From Hyaloraphidium curvatum SAG 235-1 (lineage: Eukaryota > Fungi > Monoblepharomycota): a stretch of DNA of 64,000 bases. The stretch is from contig JAIVFI010000045.1 in assembly GCA_025558095.1 (NCBI GenBank), forward strand, positions 124,001-188,000. Reading direction: 5' to 3'. This document shows, one piece after another, positions 43,403 to 53,750 of the stretch. The first letter of the stretch is position 1. Each line of letters starts with the position of its first letter. The notes under the pieces are model-generated. The model did not search any database. It saw only the letters and a list, made by a program, of their open reading frames with translations, and was not told the DNA's origin. The position numbers and the translations under genes are program-made.

Positions 43403-44701
43403 CTATTGCTTCCATTCCGCGATCCCGTTCCAAAACCAAAACTCGTGCACCCTCCCCTGCCAATGGGCCGCGTCCTCCGATCGCGGAATACCACGGATGA
43501 CGACCTTCTTGGGCGCCGCGGCCCGGAGCACCTCGGCCGCCTTTGCCAGGTCCTCGAGCTTCATCGTCGGCTTGGGATGGCGCAGCTCCAGCGTCGACAA
43601 GCCCGCCGGCAACCCCTGCCGGATACAGTCCGTTTCGCAATCATTCAGCACGAGCCGTCCGATATCCGAAGATCTGATCATCCTCAACCGCGGGTGCGGC
43701 GAGTTCAGCTCGAGCGTCCCGAGCTTCCTAGGTATCCCGAACGGGATGCAAGAGTACTCCCCGCCGCGGAGGGTAAGGTGCGAAAGCTGCAGCGAGTCGA
43801 GACCCGGCACGGGGCGGCTGATCGTCGGCACGTGGGTGATCTCGAGGTGCGGGACGCCCGCCAGGGCCGGGAGGAGCGGCTCGAGGTCGTGCAGCGGCAC
43901 CACGGCGCGCTTGAGCTTGGTCATCAGCTGTGGGTAGGCGGAGAGGTTACCGACGGTCGGGCCGGTGGTGTTGAGGAAGATAGAAGAAACCTGGTCCGGC
44001 TTCGTGGCCAGGAGATCAAACAGCGGGCGAAAGTCGGACAGGTAGGTGAACCCGTTCACGACGACGTGCTTCAGCGACGGCGGCAGGGTCCCGAAAGCCG
44101 GTGCGCTCGACCCGAACATCCACTTGTGCCGGGAAAAGTGAGGCAGGCTCGGAAAGTCGAGCACCAGGGTCTCCAACGCCCGCCCGGCCTCCAAGTTGCC
44201 GAGCAGCGGGGGCAGCTCGTGGAGATCCTCCAGGTATACTTCGAGCCGCGTGATCTGCGGCAGGCAGCGCCGGACGAGGTCGCGGTGCCACGGTTCCTCC
44301 GGGTCCACGCGCAGCCTGAGCGTCCTCACGTGGCACAGCCTGGGCAGGCCCCGCCTTTCGCCCGCCAACAATGTTGCAACGTGGCGCTCCCGCAACCGGA
44401 GTTTCCTGCAGCTGTCGCGTTCGCCCACTTCGAGCTCGCGGAAGGCGATTGGGAGGCCGAGGAGATAGCAGCTCCGGCTCGCCAGGAGCAGGCAAAGGAG
44501 GGAACGCCTCCAGCCTCGGCGCAGAAGCTCGTCCATGATGACAATGAGCAGTTCCATCGGGAGCTTTGGCCTGTCCGGGGGTTCCTTCGGGCCGGGAGAC
44601 GGCGCCGGAGATTTGGCAACTTGGGCCGTCAGGCGGCCACCGAGGGCGCCGCTGCCCGCAGGGAACGGCCCCATGTCGTCGAGGAGTGAATGATCTATCA
44701 T
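43403..44701 (-). CDS. F-box-like N-terminus + leucine-rich repeat-like hypothetical protein
   Basis: PKLPMELLIVIMDEL...LLLASRSCYLLGLP followed by LxxLxL repeats; start uncertain. Confidence 0.6.
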   Translation of the reverse strand: MIDHSLLDDMGPFPAGSGALGGRLTAQVAKSPAPSPGPKEPPDRPKLPMELLIVIMDELLRRGWRRSLLCLLLASRSCYLLGLPIAFRELEVGERDSCRKLRLRERHVATLLAGERRGLPRLCHVRTLRLRVDPEEPWHRDLVRRCLPQITRLEVYLEDLHELPPLLGNLEAGRALETLVLDFPSLPHFSRHKWMFGSSAPAFGTLPPSLKHVVVNGFTYLSDFRPLFDLLATKPDQVSSIFLNTTGPTVGNLSAYPQLMTKLKRAVVPLHDLEPLLPALAGVPHLEITHVPTISRPVPGLDSLQLSHLTLRGGEYSCIPFGIPRKLGTLELNSPHPRLRMIRSSDIGRLVLNDCETDCIRQGLPAGLSTLELRHPKPTMKLEDLAKAAEVLRAAAPKKVVIRGIPRSEDAAHWQGRVHEFWFWNGIAEWKQ

Positions 44702-44869
44702 ACTTGCCCGGTTTCGGGGCAAGTTTCGTCCACCGCTATGGCCAGCTGACCTCCGTGCTGACAAGCTGCGGCGCCTGAGTCGATCAGATCACAACTACAC
44801 GCGACTTTTGTGACCGCCCTCTGCGCCGCTCCGGGGGGTCGATATTCCCCGCATCGCACCTCAACTGCG

Positions 44870-45220
44870 ATGCAGCTTCCCCTATTGGCCTACCGGACAC
44901 TTTCACGGGCGCTCCCGCGCCCGCGCCCCGGCGTCCTCCGCCCAAACTCCACCTCCGCCTCCCCCCGCCCCTCGGCGGAGCACACGTCCTACCCCCTCCC
45001 CAAACTCTCCCCCGTCGCCGCCAAAGGCCAGCTCCCCCCCTCGTTCTACCTCAAGGCGTACCTCGTGGGCATCCTCCTCGGGGGCGCGATGGAGGCGCTC
45101 ATGTCCACGACGGGGTTCTACGACTCCCTGAGGATCGCCGAGGGGAAGCGGATGGCGAGGGAGATGGAGGAGATGGAGAAGGTGGTGGAGGAGATGAAGA
45201 AGGAGGGGAAGGTGGCGTGA
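44870..45220 (+). CDS. Small single-TM mitochondrial protein, SMIM4/UQCC5-like
   Basis: Presequence, then LLGGAMEALMSTTGFYD and a charged coil. Confidence 0.55.
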   Translation: MQLPLLAYRTLSRALPRPRPGVLRPNSTSASPRPSAEHTSYPLPKLSPVAAKGQLPPSFYLKAYLVGILLGGAMEALMSTTGFYDSLRIAEGKRMAREMEEMEKVVEEMKKEGKVA

Positions 45221-46004
45221 TGGACGCAACGGGGCGGACCGGACGCGGAGGCGACGCCGGGACGTGAAATCGGCTTCTTGGACGCGTTGTTCCGGGCTTC
45301 GCGGTTCCGGAGGGCACCGGTCGGTCCATGGACGCTGGAAGCGTTGCCTCGAGTGGCCGATGAAGGTCATCTGCTCGTAGGATTGTCGGTCGAAGGCAGC
45401 TCGGTCATGTAGATCCCCTGGAGGAAGGATCTCGATTCCCAAACAATCTACCGCATTACTCTGTAATCGCAGCAAGCTCCACGTCGCGCCGGTAGGCCGC
45501 GATCGATCGGGCGGGATCAGGAACGCGTCGGAGAAGGCGTCATCGTGACAACTCTTGGCATCCGACCTCTGCCCTCTATTCTCGATGCGCAGAGCGGTAG
45601 ATATGGTCTGAACGTCGAATGAATTCAGCTGGGCCCGCAAAATCACGGTGGACGAGGGGTATTCGCTGACGGGAGACGTTCGGAGAGCGTCCTTGCGGTT
45701 CCATACCCCATCTTTCGACAGCTGCACATCGGCGACGCGATCCGCCGGCGCGATCGGATCAATGCAACCGATCCAAACTGCCAGCGGTGGCTCGGCGGTG
45801 GTATAGAGGACGCGAAGTTGGCGTTGCGTGCGGGATCGTGCACCCGACCCGATCGCGTGTGCGCGCTCGAGCACGCGACCTCCGCGTCTGCCAACCGTCG
45901 GGCGGAGTCAGCCGACGGTCCGCGCACGCGCACCTCCGCCCCTCCGTCTCCGTTGCCTTAGCCCGCTCCCGTTTTCTCCGCGCCGCCGCCGCCCGCCCAC
46001 CGCC

Positions 46005-48274
46005 ATGCCGCGTCTCCCCCCCGCGGTCGCCGCCGGCGCTGTGCTGCTCGCTCTCGCGCTCGCCGCGCTGCCCGCCGCCGCGCAGGTGCCGTCGGCGTGC
46101 CTCGCCGCGCAGCGCGATCCCGAGATCCCCGAGTTCGAGCACTGCTCGTGCCCCATGAACGACGAGGTCGACGCTTTCCGGCCCGGCGTCGACTACTTCC
46201 CGGACAAGGCCGTCTCCAGTGGGTACCGCGCGAGCGCGCGAAAACGGCGCGGGGGCTGCACGCGATCCGCTGCCGGGACCTGCTGGCACGGCGCCGCCTC
46301 CGTCGGGTGATCAGCAGAGCGGGGGGCATGGGTGTCCCCAACAGGCTCGGCGCCCTTTCGGCGGTCCTGCCCCGCGGCGCCTGCCATTTCGCCCCTTGCC
46401 TATTTCTTACGCACGTATCTGTCCCGCAGACAACCCGCAGTTCTGGCGGATCGACTACTACAACTCCTACAAGGTGGGCCGTCATCTCGGTCCGCTCAGA
46501 CTGCCCCTTCTGATCGACCGCGTTTCCAGGTCATTACGAACTTCCGCGACGGGGAAACCTACGTCCTCTATCTCTGCAGCACTCCGGTACGTGGCCTGGC
46601 GTTCGAAGTGTGACTGGCGAGCCTCGAGTTGATCACCCACCCTTTGTCTCGCAGCCCCCCAACGCGACCAACTTCGCGCCCAACGCCAAATTCTTCCAGA
46701 TCCCGCTGCAGCGCGTCATGATCGGCGACATCGGCCTGCTCGCCTTCTTCACCCGTCTCGGCCTGCTCCCCGCCATCGGCTACGTCCCCGACCCGTCGGA
46801 CCTCGCAGGGGGCTGCGGCCAGCGCCTGGTCGAGCTGGGCCGCATCCGCGGGATCCCCGAGACCGAGGGCGTCGGCGACTCGGTCGACGCGGCTTTTGTC
46901 ACCTCGGGCGAGCTGCTCAACAGGACCGCGACCAACGGCTCGGGGAGGATGCTGGTACCGCCGTCGCTCGCCGTGCGGGTGCCCATCAGGCTCGACCCCT
47001 CGCCCATCTCGCGGATGGAGTACATCCTGTTCCTGTCGGCCTTCTGGAACCTCGAGGAGTCGGCGAGGCGGATCTGGGCGCAGGGCGTGGGGCAGTACGA
47101 GTGCAACGTCAACCAGGTGGGCCCCCACATGAAAGACTTTAATGTATTGTGCTAATTGCGCCGTTTCTCAGATCAAGCTCAGCGTTCTCCGCCGCCCCGT
47201 CGTCGCCTGGCTCCGCCGCGAGCCGTCCGGCTTCTTCATCACGGTATGTTCGCTGATCCACCCAACCGTGCTCTGCTCATTGCCTTTTTGGTCGCCAGCC
47301 GGAGCACCCGTACCGCACGTCCATTCTTCTATCGGCCGGCGCCAACGCCATGGTCGCCCAGCAGCCCGTCTCGCTCGCGGACGTCCAGAAGGGTCTCCTC
47401 GGCGCCGAGTGAGTGATCTCATGCCTTGGGCGCCGGTCGCCTCCTGATTCGACCCCATCGCAGCTTTATCATTGACGAGACGGAGCGGGTCAACGACCTC
47501 GAGGACTTCCTCTCGGTCTACCAGCTCAACTCCACGGGCCTGTTCGGAAAGAGCCCGTACCGCTTCCTGGAGAGGAGGCAGGTATGGCGCGTGGACAAGG
47601 TCAAGCCGAGCCCCAACAGTCTGAGCAGCGGTGCGTTGGCGGCGCACATTACAAGTCGCTTCGCGTGCTTACTGTGCTGCCATTCCTCAGGCTTCGCCCA
47701 GCTTTCGCTCTCGACCGCCGACATCCTGCTCGCTGACGTGCTCGCCGCGGTCTACCCGAGCTACAACCCCGGCATCTCCACGCGCTGGCTCCGCAATATC
47801 GCCGTCGCCGAGCCCGTCCTGCAAAACACCCCCCTCTCGTGCCAAACCACCGCCCAGGTGTCGGCCCCCGGCCCCAACGTACCGCGGGACCTCTGCCCCA
47901 GCGCGCCCTTCCCCAACGGCAACCCGTGGGCCGTCAGCCCCCCGGACTCGAGCTCCGGCGTCTCCTCTGCCCCTCCTCCGTCGCCCGTCAACGCCCCCCC
48001 GCCGCAGGGGAGCACCGTCAACGTCGTCGCCATCTCCGTGGGCGTCACCCTGGGCGTCGTCGCCCTCCTCGTCGGCGGCGTGCTTTTCTGGGGCCACAGG
48101 CGGCACGGCTGGTTCGCCCCGCGGGGCGGGTCCGACGGCCCCGGCGGCAAGCCCGAGGGCGGTGGCTTCGTCAAGCTCGAGGACGACTTTGCCGGCGTCG
48201 CGGGGAGGAGAGGGACCAAGATCCCCGACGCGCCCGGGGCGCAGAGGGGCGATTCGGCGGTCGACCTCGCCTGA
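46005..48274 (+). CDS. CBA1-like / periplasmic-binding-protein-fold cell-surface protein with signal peptide and C-terminal TM, ~8 exons
   Basis: After splicing: DYFPDK, IDYYNSYKVITN...YVLYLCSTP, FFQIPL, PISRMEYILFLSAFWNLE...YEC, DFIIDET, VWRVD, LLADVLAAVYP, WLRNIA, TM VAISVGVTLGVVALLVGGVLFW. Confidence 0.7.
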
Positions 48275-48703
48275 TCGCCGGTCGGGGGCGCGGATGTTTT
48301 GGGAACCTGCTTTTGGATCGGGATACCGGGTCATTTGGGGTGAGAACTGATTCATTGGGAACATGGGACGATACCCGGCCCCGGGATGGGGCCCCAACGG
48401 GGAGTACAGTTGGATGCGATACCAGAGTCTCGGGAAAGGACGCTTGGCTGTACATAGCGCATCGCTGCCATTTGTATCAAGCACGGGGCTCGCAAAAGTA
48501 TCAGTACATTCTTTCTGGTGGAATCTTTCGGGAGACAATGTTCGTCCGGTATGCGTTGCGGCGCGGCGATAATGGCGTCACTAGGACCCTGCACAGCACT
48601 CCCCTGAATACAACCTTGGCGTTCTGCCGTTGCGAAGGATACCTTTGCCAGACGGTCCGGGCACTTTGCTCTTCTCCTCGAGACAAAGATTGTGCAGCAC
48701 AGG

Positions 48704-49218
48704 ATGGCCGACTCGAGGGAGCGCAACCTCGCGACCGCAGGCGCCATTTACCAGGCTTTCGGAACGGGAGACATCCCGACGATCCTCTCCCACCTCGCGG
48801 ACGACGTGCTGTTTGATGCCGACTGGGCCGATAACTTTGCGCAGCGCGGCCAGGGCCCGAACACCCTGAAGCCGCGGCGCGGGCACGCGGGCGCCGGGGA
48901 GTTCTTCGCCGCCGTCGGCGCGAGCAAGGTGGAGGAGTTCCAAGTCGTCGACATCCTCGCCAGCGGGAACCAGGTGGCCGCGCAGATCACCATCGCCACC
49001 AGCTCGCCCAACGGGGGAAAGCTGCGCGACGAGGAGATCCACCTGTGGTGGGTGGCTTCACATCCGTGTTTGAGGGACGCCGTCTGAACAGGCAACGGCC
49101 GTATGGGGCGCACAGGAAGTTCAACGAAGACGGCAAGGTCGTCGCAATCCGCCACTACTGCGACACGGCGAAGCACATCGAAGCTGCCAAGGGTGTGGAC
49201 ACGACAGTCAAGCCTTGA
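48704..49218 (+). CDS. SnoaL-like/NTF2-fold protein, 2 exons
   Basis: IYQAFGTGDIPTILSHLADDV, EEIHLW/KF across intron 49048-49115, RHYCDTAKHI. Confidence 0.8.
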
Positions 49219-49598
49219 TAAGCAGCATTAGTAGCATTGGCCGATGCGCTCTGACAACATCGTTGCGCAATCGTCTTGTCAACGCTTAGCCGGCAATTGT
49301 TCGTCTGCTGTTTTCCTAGCATTTGGAGGTCTTGTAGCTGCCCTCCTGTCGTGAGTCACAACACACTCGGAGCAGGTTACCGACATATAGCGCTGAGCCG
49401 CGCAGTCGTGCGTCGACCGTGTCGCTGCGCCACACCGACTGACTACCCACTTGGCCGAAAAGAATCCAGCATGTAAATTTCTTCACTCCTTCCGCAGATT
49501 GCCTCTTTTGATTCTCCGTTCGGTTGGAACCGCTCGCGCGCGGCGTCCCTCTCAACTTGCCAACTTTCAAATCCCTCTTCAGGCAGCGCTTTAGGACG

Positions 49599-50293
49599 AT
49601 GGCAGCAATTGCTGCCTCCAAAGCGCGCATGCAAGAAGCACAGACGACTTGGGCTTGGTCGCTGGGCACAGCACAGGACGCGGAGGCCTCCCTTGCGGCC
49701 CGCGTCCACGCGAAGGACGCTGCGGCGCGCGCGTGGGCCGCGCTCTTTCCCGGCCCGAGCGAGGAAATGGCTGTCGTCATCTCTCTACAGTGATGCTTCG
49801 TTTTTGGCCAAGATTCGCACTTTTGCCGGGACCACAGGCGAAAGCAACCACAGCCTTCGCACCCTCTTTCGGAGCCCTAGTTTCAGACCCACCAAGCTCA
49901 CACTTTGCTTGACGGATTTGCGGAACTTTGATTGGACAGCCATCAGACACATGGAGAGTCTTCAACACCTTGCACTTCGTTCACCACAAGCATCTCCCCT
50001 CCGTCCTGCCTAACGTCAAAGTACTGGAGCTCAGCTTCCTTCCTGGTATTGATTATGACGCAAGGAATTGCTCAGTCCTTGCGGAGCCCGATCCCGCTGT
50101 CTGGAATGACTTCGGAGCCGTGCAAGTGACCTGGCAGATGCAACGGCCTACGAGGCACCTGTTTAGCTGTGAGCTACCTCCTGGCGAGAAGCGCACTTCG
50201 CTTGAGGAACTGCTGCGGCGGTGGGAGTCGGAGCGAGCTTTCTGGATGGAGGTTGCGGCCTTGACAGGAGGGTGGTTCTGGGATAGGACCTAG
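49599..50293 (+). pseudogene. Fragmented remnant of an LRR-like hypothetical gene family member
   Basis: Short broken ORFs in shifting frames with LxxLxL pieces and an ERAFW C-terminal motif similar to the ends of the 43403 and 52527 genes. No clean splice model. Confidence 0.3.
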
Positions 50294-50443
50294 CTGATGC
50301 CTAGATGTACAAAGACGCATTTACTACTTGAAGGAGCTTGCTCGAAATGTCCCCTGTTCCCACCGATCTTGGTTTCGGAGGTTCCAGTGCTGATGACTCG
50401 CCGGCCGGCTGACGGCTCAACAAACCGACGCGGCGTCATCGCC

Positions 50444-51317
50444 ATGGCCGATTTCCAGCCCCTCGACCCCATCTTCTTCCGTCTGACCGCGTCGGACCCA
50501 TACTGGCGCTTCGGCCACGTCACGGACGGCTGGAATGGCGGTCCCGGCCCCGTCCCGTGCTCCCCACGCGCGCGCGTTTCGGTCTCCGTCCCGCGGGAAC
50601 CCCTCCTCCTCGCGCGCGCCAGCCCCGAGACCGCCCTCCTCCAACCACCCGAGGGCTCCGCGCCGAGCGACGCGGAGCTGCGCGCGATGCTGGTCTCGCA
50701 CCGCCTCGCGCGGGAGCGGTTCCGCGCCGGGGTCGCGCAGGACAGGTTCGCGTTCGTCGCACTCAGGCAGCCGGGCGGGCCGTGGGCATTGGGCGTGATA
50801 ACCGGGGACGAGGAGGGCGGGACGGCGCAGGTGGAACTGATCCTGGACGAGGGGACGACGTGGGTCTGCCCCTCGTGGGAGGCAGTCGCCCTGCTGACGA
50901 CGCGCACCCCCCCGCAGGATCATCCACATCCCGCGCACCCGGCTCAGGCCGGTACCACTGGACTGCCTGCTCCTCCAACCTCACGATCCGGCGCCCGACG
51001 GCGCGCTGGAGGAGCTGCGGGAGGCGCAGGCGCACGTCGCCGTTGTCCGCCAGAGGGCCGGGGGCGCCTCGTTCCTCGGCGACGAGCTGCCGTCGCCCAA
51101 CGACGACGGCCCGCCGGGAGCTTCCGTGTCGAGCGAGTCGTACATGACCGAACCGCCCCCGGGCAGCTCCTCGTCGGAAGGGCTCATGTTCCGCGGGCCC
51201 GCGCTGCTCCCCGGCGAGACCCGCAGGCAGCTGTACCTGCCCGAGTCGCCGCGCGATGCGACCAGCTCTCTCGTGGGGATCCCGCTGGGGCCGAATCCGT
51301 TGCCTGACGGCCTGTAG
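50444..51317 (+). CDS. Hypothetical protein with two Tudor/SH3-like beta-barrel segments, 2 exons
   Basis: Intron 50860-50917 (GTGGGT...CTGAC...CAG) joins the 50444 frame to the frame ending at 51317. Confidence 0.55.
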
Positions 51318-51385
51318 CTTATTCACGCATTCTCTCTCTCTTGTATCTACTTTCATTGCTCTTCTGTAATGCACCTCCGCCTGCG

Positions 51386-52060
51386 TCAATCCTTCCTCTC
51401 CACCGGCTTCTCGGAGATGTCGCTCTGGAGCAGGAAAAACAGCGGGCACGCCGCCGCAAAGTAGCACCAGAACCTCCCCACGCCGGCATGCACGTAGAAT
51501 CTCCACATGGAGAACGCAAAGGTCGCGTTGGTCAGCAGCAGCGCGAGCCACCTGATCCTCGGCGTCCGCAGGTTCTGCCACATGCTGGTGTCGAACGAGA
51601 CGAGGAAGGCCAGGTAGACGAAGGAGTTGCCGGGCAGGTGGTTCCACTCCCAGTCCAGCGAGGGGGCGGAGCGGGGGGAGGCGGCGGTCCCCCGTACTTC
51701 GCGGAGGCAGCGGAGGGTGTAGGGCACGGCGACGAGGAGGTAGAGCGACAGGGCGAGGAGGGTGAGCAGCGGGAGCCGGCGCCCGCGGAGGAACCGCATC
51801 GCGAGCGCCAGCACCACCGGTTCGAGGTGGTTCGTCACCGTAGCGGCGCGGGTGGCCCACAGGTTGGCCTTTGTTCCGGGCGGGTTGGACCACAGCAGGT
51901 AATCCCAGAGCTGCATGAGGGAGACGAACCCGAAGAAGAGCCCGAGCGCGCGGTGCTCCCGCCCCAGCGGGCGGTGCCGGTGCGGGAGGAACCACAGGAG
52001 GAGGGAGCCGCCGAGGCCGATGGCGAGCGCCTGGGCGGAAGCGGAGGCGGAATAGCACAT
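51386..52060 (-). CDS. Multi-pass membrane protein of the MC(Y/W/F)S-start type (DUF5765/DUF6629-like), intronless
   Basis: MCYSASAS, FFGFVSLMQLWDYLLW, NHLEP, LDWEWN, GRFWCYFAA; about 7 hydrophobic segments. Confidence 0.7.
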   Translation of the reverse strand: MCYSASASAQALAIGLGGSLLLWFLPHRHRPLGREHRALGLFFGFVSLMQLWDYLLWSNPPGTKANLWATRAATVTNHLEPVVLALAMRFLRGRRLPLLTLLALSLYLLVAVPYTLRCLREVRGTAASPRSAPSLDWEWNHLPGNSFVYLAFLVSFDTSMWQNLRTPRIRWLALLLTNATFAFSMWRFYVHAGVGRFWCYFAAACPLFFLLQSDISEKPVERKD

Positions 52061-52526
52061 CTGTTGTCTCTGTTGTTTGGGGGAGTTGGGAGTTGGGACG
52101 GTTGTGCGGATGAGTCAGATGGAGTCAGACGGCGTCCCAACGTCAAGGATCCGCAGGCGAATCCCGCCCGCGAGGACAAACGGATGGCGGTTCCGCGCAG
52201 GCCGAACAAAATGCCCGGATTTCTGGTCACGATTCAGACTGGGATCGCGATGCGGGCTGGATCGTCCGAGGCACGAGCCGGGGAGAGGAGGGCCCCGCGC
52301 CCATCCCTTTCGACCAAGCAAGGCAGTATTCCGACGCGACGCAAGCCCGAGCCACAAGCAGATCGGTCCGGACGACGAAGCATCCCACCTGGCTCCGCCG
52401 CGTCTCGCGTTGCATGGCTCCCGACGGAGAGCGACACTGCAGGTGCCAGGCACCAGCCCGTCCTCGCTGTGCACCACCCCGCGCAATCGCCGCCCGAATC
52501 TCGCCACGATTCCCCCTCTCCGCACG

Positions 52527-53438
52527 ATGTCCTCCCCCGACGCCACCCTGCCGCTCCCCGCCGACGTCCTCCTTGCCCTCGCCGCGCTGGTCCTCCGCCG
52601 CGGGCACCTCTCCACGCTCGCGTCGCTCTCCTCATGCTCGTCGGAACTGCGCGCCCTTTTGGCCCCGGAGCTGTTCCGCTCCGTCGCACTGTCGGACGCC
52701 GGCATTGCCGCGGACCCCGCGCGGTTCGCGGCGGCGGTCGCCGGGTCCCGGTGCGCGCTGCTCGTGCAGGGGCTGCGGCTGCTGAGCGTGCACCGCCCCG
52801 CGTCGCTCGCCGCCCTGTCTTCCGCGTTATCTGCGATGCGCGGCGTGACGGTGCACGCGGACGGGTGCGGTCCCTCGCTGTGGGACGCGCTGGGCAGGCT
52901 GCCGACGGGGGCGCTGGGCGGCGTGCGCGACCGCGCGCCGGTGTCCCCCGACTGGGCGAGGTGGCCCTCCCTGGTCCCGCTCTTGGAGGCGGTGGGATGC
53001 ACATTGGACGGATTGGGAGCGATCGCGGCGCTAAGGGCACCGAAACTGGCGGAACTGCGGGTGTCGTGGTTCGCGGCGTCCTTCTCCGGGGGACGGGTGC
53101 CGAGTTCGGACGAGGCGTGGGCGGCGATCGGGGGTATGGGAACGCTGGCGGTGCTCAGGATCGCGAGGGCGCCGACGGACGCCTTGCGGGGCGCGCGGAT
53201 GCCCCCCTCCTTGCCCACGTTGGTGCTGGAGGACCCTCGCCCAACCCTCGGCGAAGACGCGGGGCAAGTGGCACGCGGGATCGCGGAGGCGGGGATTGGC
53301 GTGCAGATCGAGCTTAAGGGGAAGCGGATGGCGGATGCGTGGGGCTGTGGGGAAAGGCAGGCGTGGGAAGGTGCGGGGGCCAAGTTCGTCGTGCTGCCGG
53401 CGACGGTGCTGGCGGGGATGCCGGCGATACCGAGGTAG
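52527..53438 (+). CDS. F-box-like + LRR-like hypothetical protein
   Basis: LPLPADVLLALA...LASLSSCSSELRALLAPELFRSVAL, LxxLxL repeats. Confidence 0.55.
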   Translation: MSSPDATLPLPADVLLALAALVLRRGHLSTLASLSSCSSELRALLAPELFRSVALSDAGIAADPARFAAAVAGSRCALLVQGLRLLSVHRPASLAALSSALSAMRGVTVHADGCGPSLWDALGRLPTGALGGVRDRAPVSPDWARWPSLVPLLEAVGCTLDGLGAIAALRAPKLAELRVSWFAASFSGGRVPSSDEAWAAIGGMGTLAVLRIARAPTDALRGARMPPSLPTLVLEDPRPTLGEDAGQVARGIAEAGIGVQIELKGKRMADAWGCGERQAWEGAGAKFVVLPATVLAGMPAIPR

Positions 53439-53750
53439 CTGACATCATGTGCGCGTATGGTGTTGGATCCGCGCGCTGGTGCCGGAGAGGGGATCGGCGA
53501 TGGGGGGCCTTTGTAGTGCGAAGAGCTGTCTTTCGTGCCATCCCCCCCCATCCGCGGAATCCGCCCCCCGGATCGCTTTCTTTTCGATCCTGGCTTGCAT
53601 TTCCGGTGCCAGGTTAGCCAGCCGATGCTGGATGCAGAAGCGAGTCGACTCGGTGCAACATCGGGTCGCGGCATCCGAGCGGCCTCCGACATCTGCCGGC
53701 CCCTCGCGACCCTTGACGGACCCCAACCTCCCTTTCGCCGTATTGGTACG

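Noticed and set aside
44903-45874. 323-aa minus-strand ORF in the gap before the CBA1-like gene
   Set aside because: Non-ATG start, no recognisable motif or codon bias, and it overlaps a better-supported gene.
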